Under the pieces are notes generated by a model that was not told the origin of the DNA, did not search any database, and saw nothing but the letters and a program-made list of their open reading frames with translations. Below, in pieces: positions 29,096 through 38,406 of a stretch of DNA of 64,000 bases. The first letter of the stretch is position 1; each line of letters begins with the position of its first letter. The stretch comes from Aureliella sp. GTDB taxonomy: Bacteria > Planctomycetota > Planctomycetia > Pirellulales > Pirellulaceae. The stretch covers positions 3,936,001 to 4,000,000 of the forward strand of contig OY829846.1 in assembly GCA_963691875.1 (NCBI GenBank), written 5' to 3'. Made by a program: the position numbers and the translations under genes.

Positions 29096-30366
29096 TTGGC
29101 ACGGTCGTCAAGATCTCATTGCTGAGACTGTGGAATACCAAGAGTGAGCTAGCGTTGATTTTCATCGTACCGGTCTTGTTCTTTAGTATCTTTGCTTGGA
29201 TTTTTAGTCGAGGTGTAGGACGCAAACCAGGACAGATTCGCGTCTCGATCATTTGCGATGACATGAAACAACCTGGCAAACTGCTCGCTCAGTCCCTGTC
29301 GGAGCGTGAGGAGTTGCGAACGGTAACCGGTATCGGAAGCACAGCCGAAGGCTGGCCCATTGGCAGACTTTCGAAAACAGTTATCAGCCAGCATGGGGCC
29401 GAAGTAGTCGTCTATATCCCACCGACTTTTACCGAACACACTCGCAATGGTGGCAAGCCTGAGGTGCAAATCCTGCACGAAGGCACCAACCCAATCAGCG
29501 CTCAGATCGTCGAAGCGGCCTTGGCCCAAACTATGATCACGCAACAAGTTGACCTGCTCGCCGCGATCACCAATCCACAACTCGATCAAACCGATAGCGG
29601 AAGTCGTCAAGACTTTCGTCAGTCATCGGTCCAGTTCGCTTCGGGAACCATTGCTGCAGCAGGCAGTGTCCAACCGGCAACTGCATCCAGTGGCTTACCG
29701 AACGGCCAGCCACTGCCGACTTTCCAGTTTGAAAAAGAAAACATCTTTGCCTCAAACAAACACAATCCCAAAATCGCAATGTACGCGGCTGGGATTGCAG
29801 TAATGTTCCTATTGTTCTCTGCGAGCGGCGCCGGAGCCAGTTTGCTGGAAGAAAAAGAAGCTGGGACTCTGGATCGACTCTTATCGAGCCATTTGACTCT
29901 AACGGATCTGCTCATCGGCAAATGGCTTTACATGGCTGGCTTGGGTTTCGTGCAGATCACCACCATGTTCGTCTGGGGCCAACTCGTCTTTGACGTCGAC
30001 CTCTGGGGACATTTGCCGGGATATTTTGCGATGGCTGGTGCGACAACTTGCGCCAGCGCGAGCTTCGCTTTGCTACTTGCAACGCTTTGCCGGTCGCGAC
30101 AAGAGCTCAACGGAGTCGCACTGGTTCTGGTTCTTGGCATGTCGGCGCTGGGTGGGAGTATGATCCCGCGCTACATCATGAGCGAGTCGATGCAGCAGAT
30201 GGGACGCTTCACATTCAACGGCTGGGCGATAGACGGTTTTAAAAAAATCTTCTGGTACGACTTGCCGCTCTCTGCGATTCAGACGGAAATCTGCGTTCTC
30301 TTATTCATCACCGTGTTGTTCGGTACTCTCGCCAACATGTTGATTCGACGCTGGAGCCTGAACTAA
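29092..30366 (+). CDS. ABC-2 type transporter permease
   Basis: 424 aa. N-terminal TM, large loop, EEKEAGTLDRLL, five further TM helices, LGGSMIP; ATGA overlap with the ATPase gene. Confidence 0.92.
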   Translation: MIGTVVKISLLRLWNTKSELALIFIVPVLFFSIFAWIFSRGVGRKPGQIRVSIICDDMKQPGKLLAQSLSEREELRTVTGIGSTAEGWPIGRLSKTVISQHGAEVVVYIPPTFTEHTRNGGKPEVQILHEGTNPISAQIVEAALAQTMITQQVDLLAAITNPQLDQTDSGSRQDFRQSSVQFASGTIAAAGSVQPATASSGLPNGQPLPTFQFEKENIFASNKHNPKIAMYAAGIAVMFLLFSASGAGASLLEEKEAGTLDRLLSSHLTLTDLLIGKWLYMAGLGFVQITTMFVWGQLVFDVDLWGHLPGYFAMAGATTCASASFALLLATLCRSRQELNGVALVLVLGMSALGGSMIPRYIMSESMQQMGRFTFNGWAIDGFKKIFWYDLPLSAIQTEICVLLFITVLFGTLANMLIRRWSLN

Positions 30367-31304
30367 TGACAAATCTGATAAGCCTAAGAATTGCTGCCTA
30401 CAGTGCACTGATACTTTGTTTCATTCCTTTGTTAGGATGCCAGCTGCTTTACAAGAAGACTTACGATCCGCCAGTCCAGCCACTGACGAAGACAAACTCG
30501 AGTGATTTGTCCCGTGTCGAGAACGGATTCTTCGACAACGCACCCGAGGAGGGTCCAGTTATCATCGAAATGTCGGACTTGCCCCTCATTCCAGAAGAGT
30601 TCAGTGCCTACACACCTGGTGCAGAGCCTGCCAAGGCTCAACCAGTTTTGGCGTCGGCTCAGAAGCCAACCAGCGCCTGGAACGACAACGCAAGGCCCAG
30701 CCCCCAACCGCAGCAGAACTCGCAAGTGGTAACACCAGCACACCTGCTAGGTGAACCGGCGGCACAAACTGCTCAACCGAATACAAGTTCTCAAACCCGT
30801 GAACCCGTAGCAAGATCTCCAATTCTACCTGCCGCTGCAGCTCTCGGAATCGCCGCACAGCCGCCGGCCAACATGACACAATATCCGGCGAAACCTGTGC
30901 CCGCGAGAACGAACCAGCCGTTGGCCCCAAGTACTCCAGCGCTAAATGTGAGCGTCAGTGGCCTACAGCCTGGACGCGGCCCGGTGCGAATAGCTGTATT
31001 TTCAGGGCAAAAGTCCTTTCCGGATCACTCGGCCGCCGCGAAGAAAGCAGTTGTGGCAGTAAACGGGAACAGCGCTCAACATGCACTGACAGATCTACCA
31101 GCTGGCGTGGTCGCCATCGCGGCCTATCAAGATCTAAACAATAACGGAAAATTGGACCGGGGCACTTTTGGAATCCCGAAGGAACCTTACGGATTCTCGA
31201 ACAATGCGAAAGGCTCAATGGGTCCACCCAGCTTCAAAGCGGCTTCCGTGAATCCTGCTCGCTCTAATTCGGTAGCCATCAAACTATCCCAGGTTCGATT
31301 TTAA
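30366..31304 (+). CDS. Lipoprotein with Pro/Ala/Gln-rich linker and C-terminal DUF2141 domain
   Basis: LLGC lipobox; C-terminal YQDLNNNGKLDRGTFGIPKEPYGFSNNA..GPPSF is the DUF2141 signature; TAATG coupling to the permease. Confidence 0.85.
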   Translation: MTNLISLRIAAYSALILCFIPLLGCQLLYKKTYDPPVQPLTKTNSSDLSRVENGFFDNAPEEGPVIIEMSDLPLIPEEFSAYTPGAEPAKAQPVLASAQKPTSAWNDNARPSPQPQQNSQVVTPAHLLGEPAAQTAQPNTSSQTREPVARSPILPAAAALGIAAQPPANMTQYPAKPVPARTNQPLAPSTPALNVSVSGLQPGRGPVRIAVFSGQKSFPDHSAAAKKAVVAVNGNSAQHALTDLPAGVVAIAAYQDLNNNGKLDRGTFGIPKEPYGFSNNAKGSMGPPSFKAASVNPARSNSVAIKLSQVRF

Positions 31305-31386
31305 TATTGCGAGACCGAACCGACGCCTGAAGCATTCAAGCCTTTCGCCCACATCACTTTCAAACCCAACTCCGATCCGCACTCGA

Positions 31387-32064
31387 ATGAACGCTGTCCT
31401 CTCCATCCAAGATTCACCAAAACGCTGGGACGCTGTCGTCTTGATTCACGGCCTATTCGCAACGAAGCGAAGCATGTCCAAGGCGCACTCCAAGCTAGAG
31501 TCGCATGGGTACCTGCCGATCAACTTCAGCTATTCGAGCTGCTTTCGGAAGCTTGATTCTCATTTGATGCAACTCCTACCATTGCTTCGGCGTCTCGACA
31601 CTGATAGAAATATTCGGTCTATCAACTTTCTGGCGCATAGTTACGGTGGAATTTTGATGCGCTATGCCTTGCAGAGTGAGATTTTCTCCAAGCTTCAGCG
31701 CGCAGTCATGCTGGCACCGCCCAATGCTGGAACGCCACTGGCAAAATACTCCGTCGGTGTTTTTGACCGACTCTTCCCAGCAGTCCGACAGCTGGCCGAC
31801 GCCCCCGAAGCCCTTCCAAAGCAACTTAGTGCACCTAACAACATCGAAGTTGGAGTAATTGCTGCGGCAACCGATATGATTGTCGGAAGAGACAGTACGC
31901 ACTTACCAAATCAGTCCGACCATTGCGTGATGCCTACTTCGCATTTTGAGCTTCCTAGGCACAAAGCCACGCTCGACCGCTGCCTCAGCTTCTTGGCGGA
32001 AGGACGATTTCAACCCAATCCTGCGGGCGTTTTTAAGCCTACGAGCGTGAAGTGCGCAGCGTAG
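31387..32064 (+). CDS. Small alpha/beta hydrolase (lipase/PGAP1-like)
   Basis: 225 aa. LIHGL, AHSYGG nucleophile, LAPPNAG, D and H near the C-terminus. Confidence 0.85.
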   Translation: MNAVLSIQDSPKRWDAVVLIHGLFATKRSMSKAHSKLESHGYLPINFSYSSCFRKLDSHLMQLLPLLRRLDTDRNIRSINFLAHSYGGILMRYALQSEIFSKLQRAVMLAPPNAGTPLAKYSVGVFDRLFPAVRQLADAPEALPKQLSAPNNIEVGVIAAATDMIVGRDSTHLPNQSDHCVMPTSHFELPRHKATLDRCLSFLAEGRFQPNPAGVFKPTSVKCAA

Positions 32065-32090
32065 GCTGGGGGTCAACTGGGACAGTTGGA

Positions 32091-35000
32091 CTACTCTGAA
32101 CTATGGATTTTCATCGTATAACGATGATGTTCTTTGCCGGCAGTGTCGAGATGACGCAGGATCAATTGAGGTATTTCACCACCCACAAGCTCGATCTCTA
32201 AGTAGCCGCCAGCAACGCGCAAGTAGCGGTGAATCTCGGGGCGATAATCATCTTGCTTCCAACCTCCTGCATGTCGGTCGCTTGTCGGGCCCACAGAAAA
32301 TTCATGCAGCCCAGTTTCAGGATCGACACTGTGAAACTGCCAATGACGGTCCCCACAGACGACCACGAGATTTTCGAAGCTCGATAACAACTTGCGAACT
32401 CCTTTGCCCTCCGTCTCAAACACCATGTTTGCGTGATTGTCGCTCTTCTTAGCTCGATCCGGTCCGACAATGGGAGTTGGCGAAATAATGACCTTAAACC
32501 TCGCATCGGATTCTCTCAGAGTCTGCGCGAGCCAAGTTTTCTGCTGGGTTCCCCAAATCGTCTTTGTAGGGCCATCTTCTTGTGTATTGGGACTGCGAAA
32601 ATCCCTCCCCTCCATCATCCAGACCTGAAGATCGCGACCAACTCGGATCGTTCGATACGCCGGAGAAGGCAGCCCCGTTTCCTGAATAAAGATCCGCTGT
32701 CCATCACCGAATTCAAAATCGTCAGTAAACTTGCGTTTCTCACCTGGCCAACTGTCGTTCACGTAGGTGTCGTGATCGTCTTTCAGAAAATAGCTTGGCA
32801 CACGCCGGTGAAACTCGACCAAAGTTGGAAGTGAATAAGTGCGCTGCCAGTGGTAATAGGCAAGTTCATTTGATCGGGCCAGACGATCGTAGTAGACGAC
32901 GTCGCCTGCCATCACAAACGCATCTGTTTCGCGACTCAGGATCGTCCGATACATGTCGAAACCGTGCGGTCCATCGCGATCAGGAAACCCCTGACAAGTA
33001 CTCACCGCTAACCTGAATGAGCTGGCAGAATCTGGTGCCGGTAGCGTTTTAAAACTGCCGGTCAGAGTGTGAACCGTGCCTGTTCCTGAAGCCTGCACCT
33101 GAGATCGAACGAAATAACGCGTCGCGGGTAGGAGATCATCGAACTCTGCGATTGAAGAAAAGTCGCTCGAAGCATCGACTTCGGTCCAGGAAGAATAAGT
33201 GAATTCCTTCTCGCCAACAGCTCGCAGCCCTGCTCGCACACGAGCTGGAACTCCTGGCACGGCGAAACGCAATCCACCTACACCTTGCTCTGGCAAGATG
33301 GCACCTGAACTCGTTCGACCACTCTTCCGTTCAAATTCGACTTCCGGCTGATCACCCAAATTCGGCAAATCATATCGCGTCGCTCGAACCCAAATCTTCG
33401 CCGCTTGGTCCGACACCTCAACGATCCGCATCCCGTTAGCCTGCTTCGGCTCGCTGCTGCTGTCGACCAAGAGTTGTGGCGAAGTAGCTGGGATTGAGGC
33501 GGAGAGCACCGAAGTTGCTTGCTCCAAAGCTAACTGAAGCGAACCAAGCGAACAGATCTGAGACACCCCCAATAAATTGCCCGCCAGTTGCTCATCCTGT
33601 GGATTCCGATTGAGATACACCGTCTTGATCTCGCGAATTTGCTCGTTCTCTTTCGCATACAGTGCGGCAAGAGTGATGATTGCGGACTCGCGATCCGTCG
33701 CAGCAAGACTCAGTTCAGATTCCATTTCCTGCGAGACCCGAAGCATCACTGACAAGAGCTCATGAAGCGCCTTCTGTTCGATCGTTTCACCCAACAGGTA
33801 AAAGCGCCGCGCGAGTTGGTTCTGTTTTTTGATATTTAGATTCTTACCCTGCCGCCAAGCCGACATGCTGCATCGATAGAAGGCGTGCGCTTGGTTTGGC
33901 ATCGCTGCGATACGTTGCTGAAGCACGTGAGACGCAAAAGCCTGCTCTGGACTCTCCCACGCCAGAGCGTCCAGCACTAGGTGGATTACCGTTTCGCCCT
34001 GATCGGCTGGTTGCAGGGGGCGGTACTGAAGGAGTTGCCCACTGGACACAAATTCTTCCAGCTTAAGTGAACCCTCTGCCAAATTGGCTACTTGTGTTTT
34101 CTTCGTTTTGAGTTCCGGTATGGAAACTTGGGCAGGCAGAACACCGCGACGAATCAGCTGTGGCAGCCAGCTACTTCGCCAAGTAGCCAAAGCTTCATCC
34201 TGCTCGGAGTTCGCAAGACTTTTTGCCTTTGGCGCAAACCAACTAGATACGGAAGTCACTTGCTCGTTCTGTGGTGACTCTCGATGAAACACCGCAAGCC
34301 TCGCCGCATTCACCTCTTTCAGCGCGGGGGAAAGAATCACGGGATCAGAAACGCCTTTTAGGTGCTTCATCAAGAAGCGGAACGCGGGGACTCGCAAGTC
34401 CTGAGTGTCTTTGTGTGGGCCAGGTGTGATGACGAGACCATAGTTCTCTGATTTCTCCAGCGTGCGGTACAAGCTGCGAAGTTGGCCATCGATTCGCACA
34501 ACGCCGTCGAGCGGAAAGATGGAGTCCGAGTCGGAATTCTCTAGCAATAGTGGCCGTGGAGCAATGAGCGCGGCTAACTTGCCGTAGTCCCAACCAAAGT
34601 AGTTGACGAAGTACATGCAGTCGCAATGCCCTTCCACGCAGCCATCAAGAACATGATTGCGCAGGTCGGTAATACCAGCGACTGGAATGGCGACTCGAAT
34701 GCGCTCATCCAGTGCGGCGGCAAACCAGCTATAGGCACCTCCACCGCTGCGACCCGTCACGCCGATTTTCGATGCATCCACTTGCTTCATTCCGACTAGA
34801 AGATCCACCGCTCGAATCGCACTCCATGCCTCGACGCCTGCCGGTGTGTAACCACGACTCATCCAGTCCCAGCGTCCAAGTTTGTAAGTCCCATGGTGCT
34901 CCCCATGCAGCTCGCCCAGCTGCACAGTATCGATCGTCAGGCATACCAAGCCATGCCGAGCCAGCCACAAGCCGTGATGCTGATAGCCAGTCTTGTTTCC

Positions 35001-35453
35001 TAACAGCCGACCGTTATCCGCTGCTCGAGCGTGCCCACAAACGTACAGGACAGCGGGCCAGCCTTTCTCAGGCGGCGGCTCCGTGGGCAGATAGAGATTG
35101 GCTGTGACATACAACCCAGGACGTGACTGATAGTGGAGCTTCTCTACTCGAACGCCCTCGAGCTCGATCGCTCCCGTTTTCGTGACAGCCAGATCGGTTC
35201 GCTGCAGATCCTGCGGAATTCCAAGCATCTCGCGGAGCTGGGCTCGCCACAGCTCTTTGGTTTCCGGCCAATTCTGTTTGGTGACCGCTACCAAGTCCTG
35301 CTTGGTGGCGGCTTCAATCTCTGCCACTCGCGACGCAAAGTATCGGTCTAAAGTTTGCGCCGGCGCGCGGACTCCTAGCAGTGCAGCAAGAGTGAGTGCG
35401 AGGGTAAACAGAACTTCCATCGCAGACCGGCGCGGCAAAATGAGAGGATGCAT
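32091..35453 (-). CDS. Fusion protein: acetylxylan-esterase-like alpha/beta hydrolase + PhoD-type metallophosphatase
   Basis: 1120 aa. N-half: TANLYLP, YVCGH, GRSGGG, GHCDC. C-terminus: GDVVYYD, DDHD, DNHAN, GDRHWQ. Confidence 0.85.
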   Translation of the reverse strand: MHPLILPRRSAMEVLFTLALTLAALLGVRAPAQTLDRYFASRVAEIEAATKQDLVAVTKQNWPETKELWRAQLREMLGIPQDLQRTDLAVTKTGAIELEGVRVEKLHYQSRPGLYVTANLYLPTEPPPEKGWPAVLYVCGHARAADNGRLLGNKTGYQHHGLWLARHGLVCLTIDTVQLGELHGEHHGTYKLGRWDWMSRGYTPAGVEAWSAIRAVDLLVGMKQVDASKIGVTGRSGGGAYSWFAAALDERIRVAIPVAGITDLRNHVLDGCVEGHCDCMYFVNYFGWDYGKLAALIAPRPLLLENSDSDSIFPLDGVVRIDGQLRSLYRTLEKSENYGLVITPGPHKDTQDLRVPAFRFLMKHLKGVSDPVILSPALKEVNAARLAVFHRESPQNEQVTSVSSWFAPKAKSLANSEQDEALATWRSSWLPQLIRRGVLPAQVSIPELKTKKTQVANLAEGSLKLEEFVSSGQLLQYRPLQPADQGETVIHLVLDALAWESPEQAFASHVLQQRIAAMPNQAHAFYRCSMSAWRQGKNLNIKKQNQLARRFYLLGETIEQKALHELLSVMLRVSQEMESELSLAATDRESAIITLAALYAKENEQIREIKTVYLNRNPQDEQLAGNLLGVSQICSLGSLQLALEQATSVLSASIPATSPQLLVDSSSEPKQANGMRIVEVSDQAAKIWVRATRYDLPNLGDQPEVEFERKSGRTSSGAILPEQGVGGLRFAVPGVPARVRAGLRAVGEKEFTYSSWTEVDASSDFSSIAEFDDLLPATRYFVRSQVQASGTGTVHTLTGSFKTLPAPDSASSFRLAVSTCQGFPDRDGPHGFDMYRTILSRETDAFVMAGDVVYYDRLARSNELAYYHWQRTYSLPTLVEFHRRVPSYFLKDDHDTYVNDSWPGEKRKFTDDFEFGDGQRIFIQETGLPSPAYRTIRVGRDLQVWMMEGRDFRSPNTQEDGPTKTIWGTQQKTWLAQTLRESDARFKVIISPTPIVGPDRAKKSDNHANMVFETEGKGVRKLLSSFENLVVVCGDRHWQFHSVDPETGLHEFSVGPTSDRHAGGWKQDDYRPEIHRYLRVAGGYLEIELVGGEIPQLILRHLDTAGKEHHRYTMKIHSSE

Positions 35454-35558
35454 TGCAGACTCGCGAGCAGTTGGGGTAGCTGGAGTCCATTATTCTAGCC
35501 GGAGATTCTCAGCTCGCAGGTCGCTTCGCAAGCAACCTGCGAATTCGTGGCTTGGGCG

Positions 35559-36521
35559 TTAGTTTGACTCCTCGAAGTCCTTCAAGAACTTGAAGATCTC
35601 ACTATCGGTCGTCAGGATCATCGTGCTGTCCTGGTCCAACATCTCGCGATAAGTTTCCATCGTCTTGATGAACTCGTAGAACGAGACGGCTTCAGGACTC
35701 TGGTTGTACGCATCCGCGTAGACTTGAGTTGCTTTCGCATCTGCGACTCCACGTACTTCCTGGACCTCCTTGTAAGCCTCAGATTCAATCTGGAGCAGAT
35801 CTTTTTCCTTCTTGCCGAGAATCTTCGCAGCTTCACCGCCACCTTCACTTCGGAAACGCTCGGCGATCTGCTGTCGCTCACTAATCATCCGAGTGTAAAT
35901 TCGTTGGCGTACGCTCTCGTTGTAGTTGATTCTCTTGAAGCGAATATCCAACAGCTCTATGCCGAAGTCCTTCAACTTTCTCGCTGCCGCCTCGAAAATC
36001 TCTTGCTCGATCTTCGCCCTTCCCATCCGTATCGGGTAGAGCACACCGATGGAGCCCGGAGCGTCACCAAGAGTCGCATCGCGTGCGGGTTCACGATCTT
36101 TGGTGGTCCGGATTACTTCGATCAATTCGTGCTTGGCAATAGCATTACGCGTTTCACTACCCAAGATGTCATCCAGACGAGATCTCGCGCTACGTTCATC
36201 CCGAAGCCTCAGAAAATACGGCTTTGCATCTTGAATCCGCCATCGACCAAAGGTATCTACCTTGATGTAAGTTTTGTCTTTGGTTGGCATCTCGATCGGG
36301 CGGCCGTCCCATTCGAGAATTCGTTTTTCGATTGGCGTCACATCCTGAACGAAGGGTACTTTGAAGTGTAGCCCCGCTTCCGTGATCGGATCTCCTACTG
36401 GTTTTCCAAACTGAGTTAGGATCACCTGTTCTGTCTCATCAACAGTAAATGCAGCTGAATAGGCGACTACTGCACCGACCAGCAAAACCACAACAACAAT
36501 GGGAGCAACGACGTTTTTCAT
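35559..36521 (-). CDS. hflC: FtsH protease modulator HflC
   Basis: 320 aa SPFH protein; QFGKP, GLHFKVPF, RMISERQQIAERFRSEG, FYEFIKTMETY; downstream of hflK. Confidence 0.93.
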   Translation of the reverse strand: MKNVVAPIVVVVLLVGAVVAYSAAFTVDETEQVILTQFGKPVGDPITEAGLHFKVPFVQDVTPIEKRILEWDGRPIEMPTKDKTYIKVDTFGRWRIQDAKPYFLRLRDERSARSRLDDILGSETRNAIAKHELIEVIRTTKDREPARDATLGDAPGSIGVLYPIRMGRAKIEQEIFEAAARKLKDFGIELLDIRFKRINYNESVRQRIYTRMISERQQIAERFRSEGGGEAAKILGKKEKDLLQIESEAYKEVQEVRGVADAKATQVYADAYNQSPEAVSFYEFIKTMETYREMLDQDSTMILTTDSEIFKFLKDFEESN

Positions 36522-36533
36522 GATTAAATCTCC

Positions 36534-37505
36534 TTACTTATCGGTGGAGAGTTGGAGAAGTGGCAAGACGCTGCTGGCTTTATCATCGATGATGATTTTC
36601 TTGCCGAGCTTTGGGATGACTTCCTTCATCGTCTCGATGTAAATTCGACGCTTGGTCACCTCTGGGGCTTTCAAAAACTCTTTGAGCAATGCGTTGAACC
36701 GTGCCACATCACCATCAGCCTCGTTGACTCTCTTGAGAGCGTATCCCTCCGCTGCTTGTATCTTTTGATCTGCTTCACCCTTCGCTCTTGGCACTTCACG
36801 GTTGTACTGACCATTCGCCTCATTGATCATTTGCTCGCGTTCCTGCTGAGCTTGGTTGACTTCATTGAAGGACGCCTGAACAGGTGTCGGAGGGTTGACG
36901 TTTTTCAGCTGCACTTGATCAATACTCAAACCGAGCTCGTACTTGTTGACCGCCGTCTGCAGCATCTCAAGTGCATCTGCTTCGATTTCTTGACGTCCAA
37001 TTGTGATGACCTCGTCTACGGTGCGATCGCCAACAACCGTTCTCATCACCGCCTCAGAGATGTCTCGCAGCGTATCTTTCGGTTCGCGCACTTTGAAGAG
37101 AAATGCCTTCGGATCCTCAACTCGGTATTGAATCACCCATTCGACCAAAGCAGCGTTCAGATCGCCGGTCACCATGCTGCGCTCAAGTGGCTGCTCGCTT
37201 GAAGCTTGCCACTTGTCGGTGTAACCACTTGTTGCAAAACCAAATTCCTGCTTAAGCTGACGCTTGACGGGAACCATAGTCACTTTCTCGATCCCAAATG
37301 GGATTTTGAAATTCAGCCCCGGATAGGCCGGGCGAGCGTAGCGCCCGAAGCGTTGCACGATACCCTCCATCTCAGCTTGGACCGTATAGACCGAGGTATA
37401 AGCCAACCACAGCACCAAGACCGCCGGTAATAGGAACAAGAAGGGCTTGAGCTTCTTGAAGTCAAAGTCATTTGGGTCGAATCGGAATTCGTTTCTCTGA
37501 ACCAT
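36534..37505 (-). CDS. hflK: FtsH protease modulator HflK
   Basis: 323 aa SPFH protein; RFGRY, MVTGDLN, VNPPTPVQASFNEV, PRAKGEA, APEVTKRRIYIETM. Confidence 0.93.
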   Translation of the reverse strand: MVQRNEFRFDPNDFDFKKLKPFLFLLPAVLVLWLAYTSVYTVQAEMEGIVQRFGRYARPAYPGLNFKIPFGIEKVTMVPVKRQLKQEFGFATSGYTDKWQASSEQPLERSMVTGDLNAALVEWVIQYRVEDPKAFLFKVREPKDTLRDISEAVMRTVVGDRTVDEVITIGRQEIEADALEMLQTAVNKYELGLSIDQVQLKNVNPPTPVQASFNEVNQAQQEREQMINEANGQYNREVPRAKGEADQKIQAAEGYALKRVNEADGDVARFNALLKEFLKAPEVTKRRIYIETMKEVIPKLGKKIIIDDKASSVLPLLQLSTDK

Positions 37506-38406
37506 AAAGTGTTATCCGAAAAGGATTTACGACTTGAACGGACGCACTGCGTACTGAGTGCGATGGTTTATCGGGCTCCTGTTTAGGCACATGAGCCTCT
37601 GGGCTTGGGCGCTGACAAAATTGCACCCGGGGCTCCGCTGAGGGGCATACGAGCCCGCCAAAACCTAGAAAATCTACCTCGCCACAGCGAAATCTAAGGC
37701 TCTTTCCAAAGGAGGTTCCGTTTTTCTAACCGCAGAACAGTTTGCCTCGCCACTACAACCGGCAAATTGCAAGCATAGCGAAAGGGTCGACTTTGCGGTG
37801 GCCTGCAACTCCAGACCCTAACCCCTATCCAGCCTGTGTCTAAATCTTTCACCTTCCTTTCAGCGGCACGATACTGCCCGAGGAGAGCCCGATCGCACGT
37901 CGTTGAGTCCGCGCTGCACGAGAAACAATGGCTGGGGCCCCCGAGTCTTCTTAGCCAGATCTGCAGCTCCTCAATGGTCCTCATCTAGGTCGCGAACTGC
38001 GGTACTGAAATTGCTTCCACTCATCTTCAGTTCTGACAAGTTCTCAATCCACGAGGACGGCCTGTATATGTCAGTCGGGCGCGAAGCAACGTCCCGCTAC
38101 TTATGGATCGATTACAGCCTCTTACAGTTGTTCCTACACGCCAAATTTGAAACGGATACCTAGAAATGCCGTCGTCAACCGAGAATGAAGTAACCCTTCT
38201 TCGCTCCCACGAGCCTCAAGCTAGCGCAGGTCTTAAGCTACACATAGAACCGGCGTACTCAGGTGCATAGTTTTTCCAGAGCTCCACATTTATGCTTTCG
38301 GAGGTAGAACTCGAGGGAAGACTTGAACTAACTTTGAACGGCCTACTAGAGCCATCCCGTTCCGCTACAGTATCGAACTCGATGAACCACCAGCGAGGCA
38401 GGAAAA

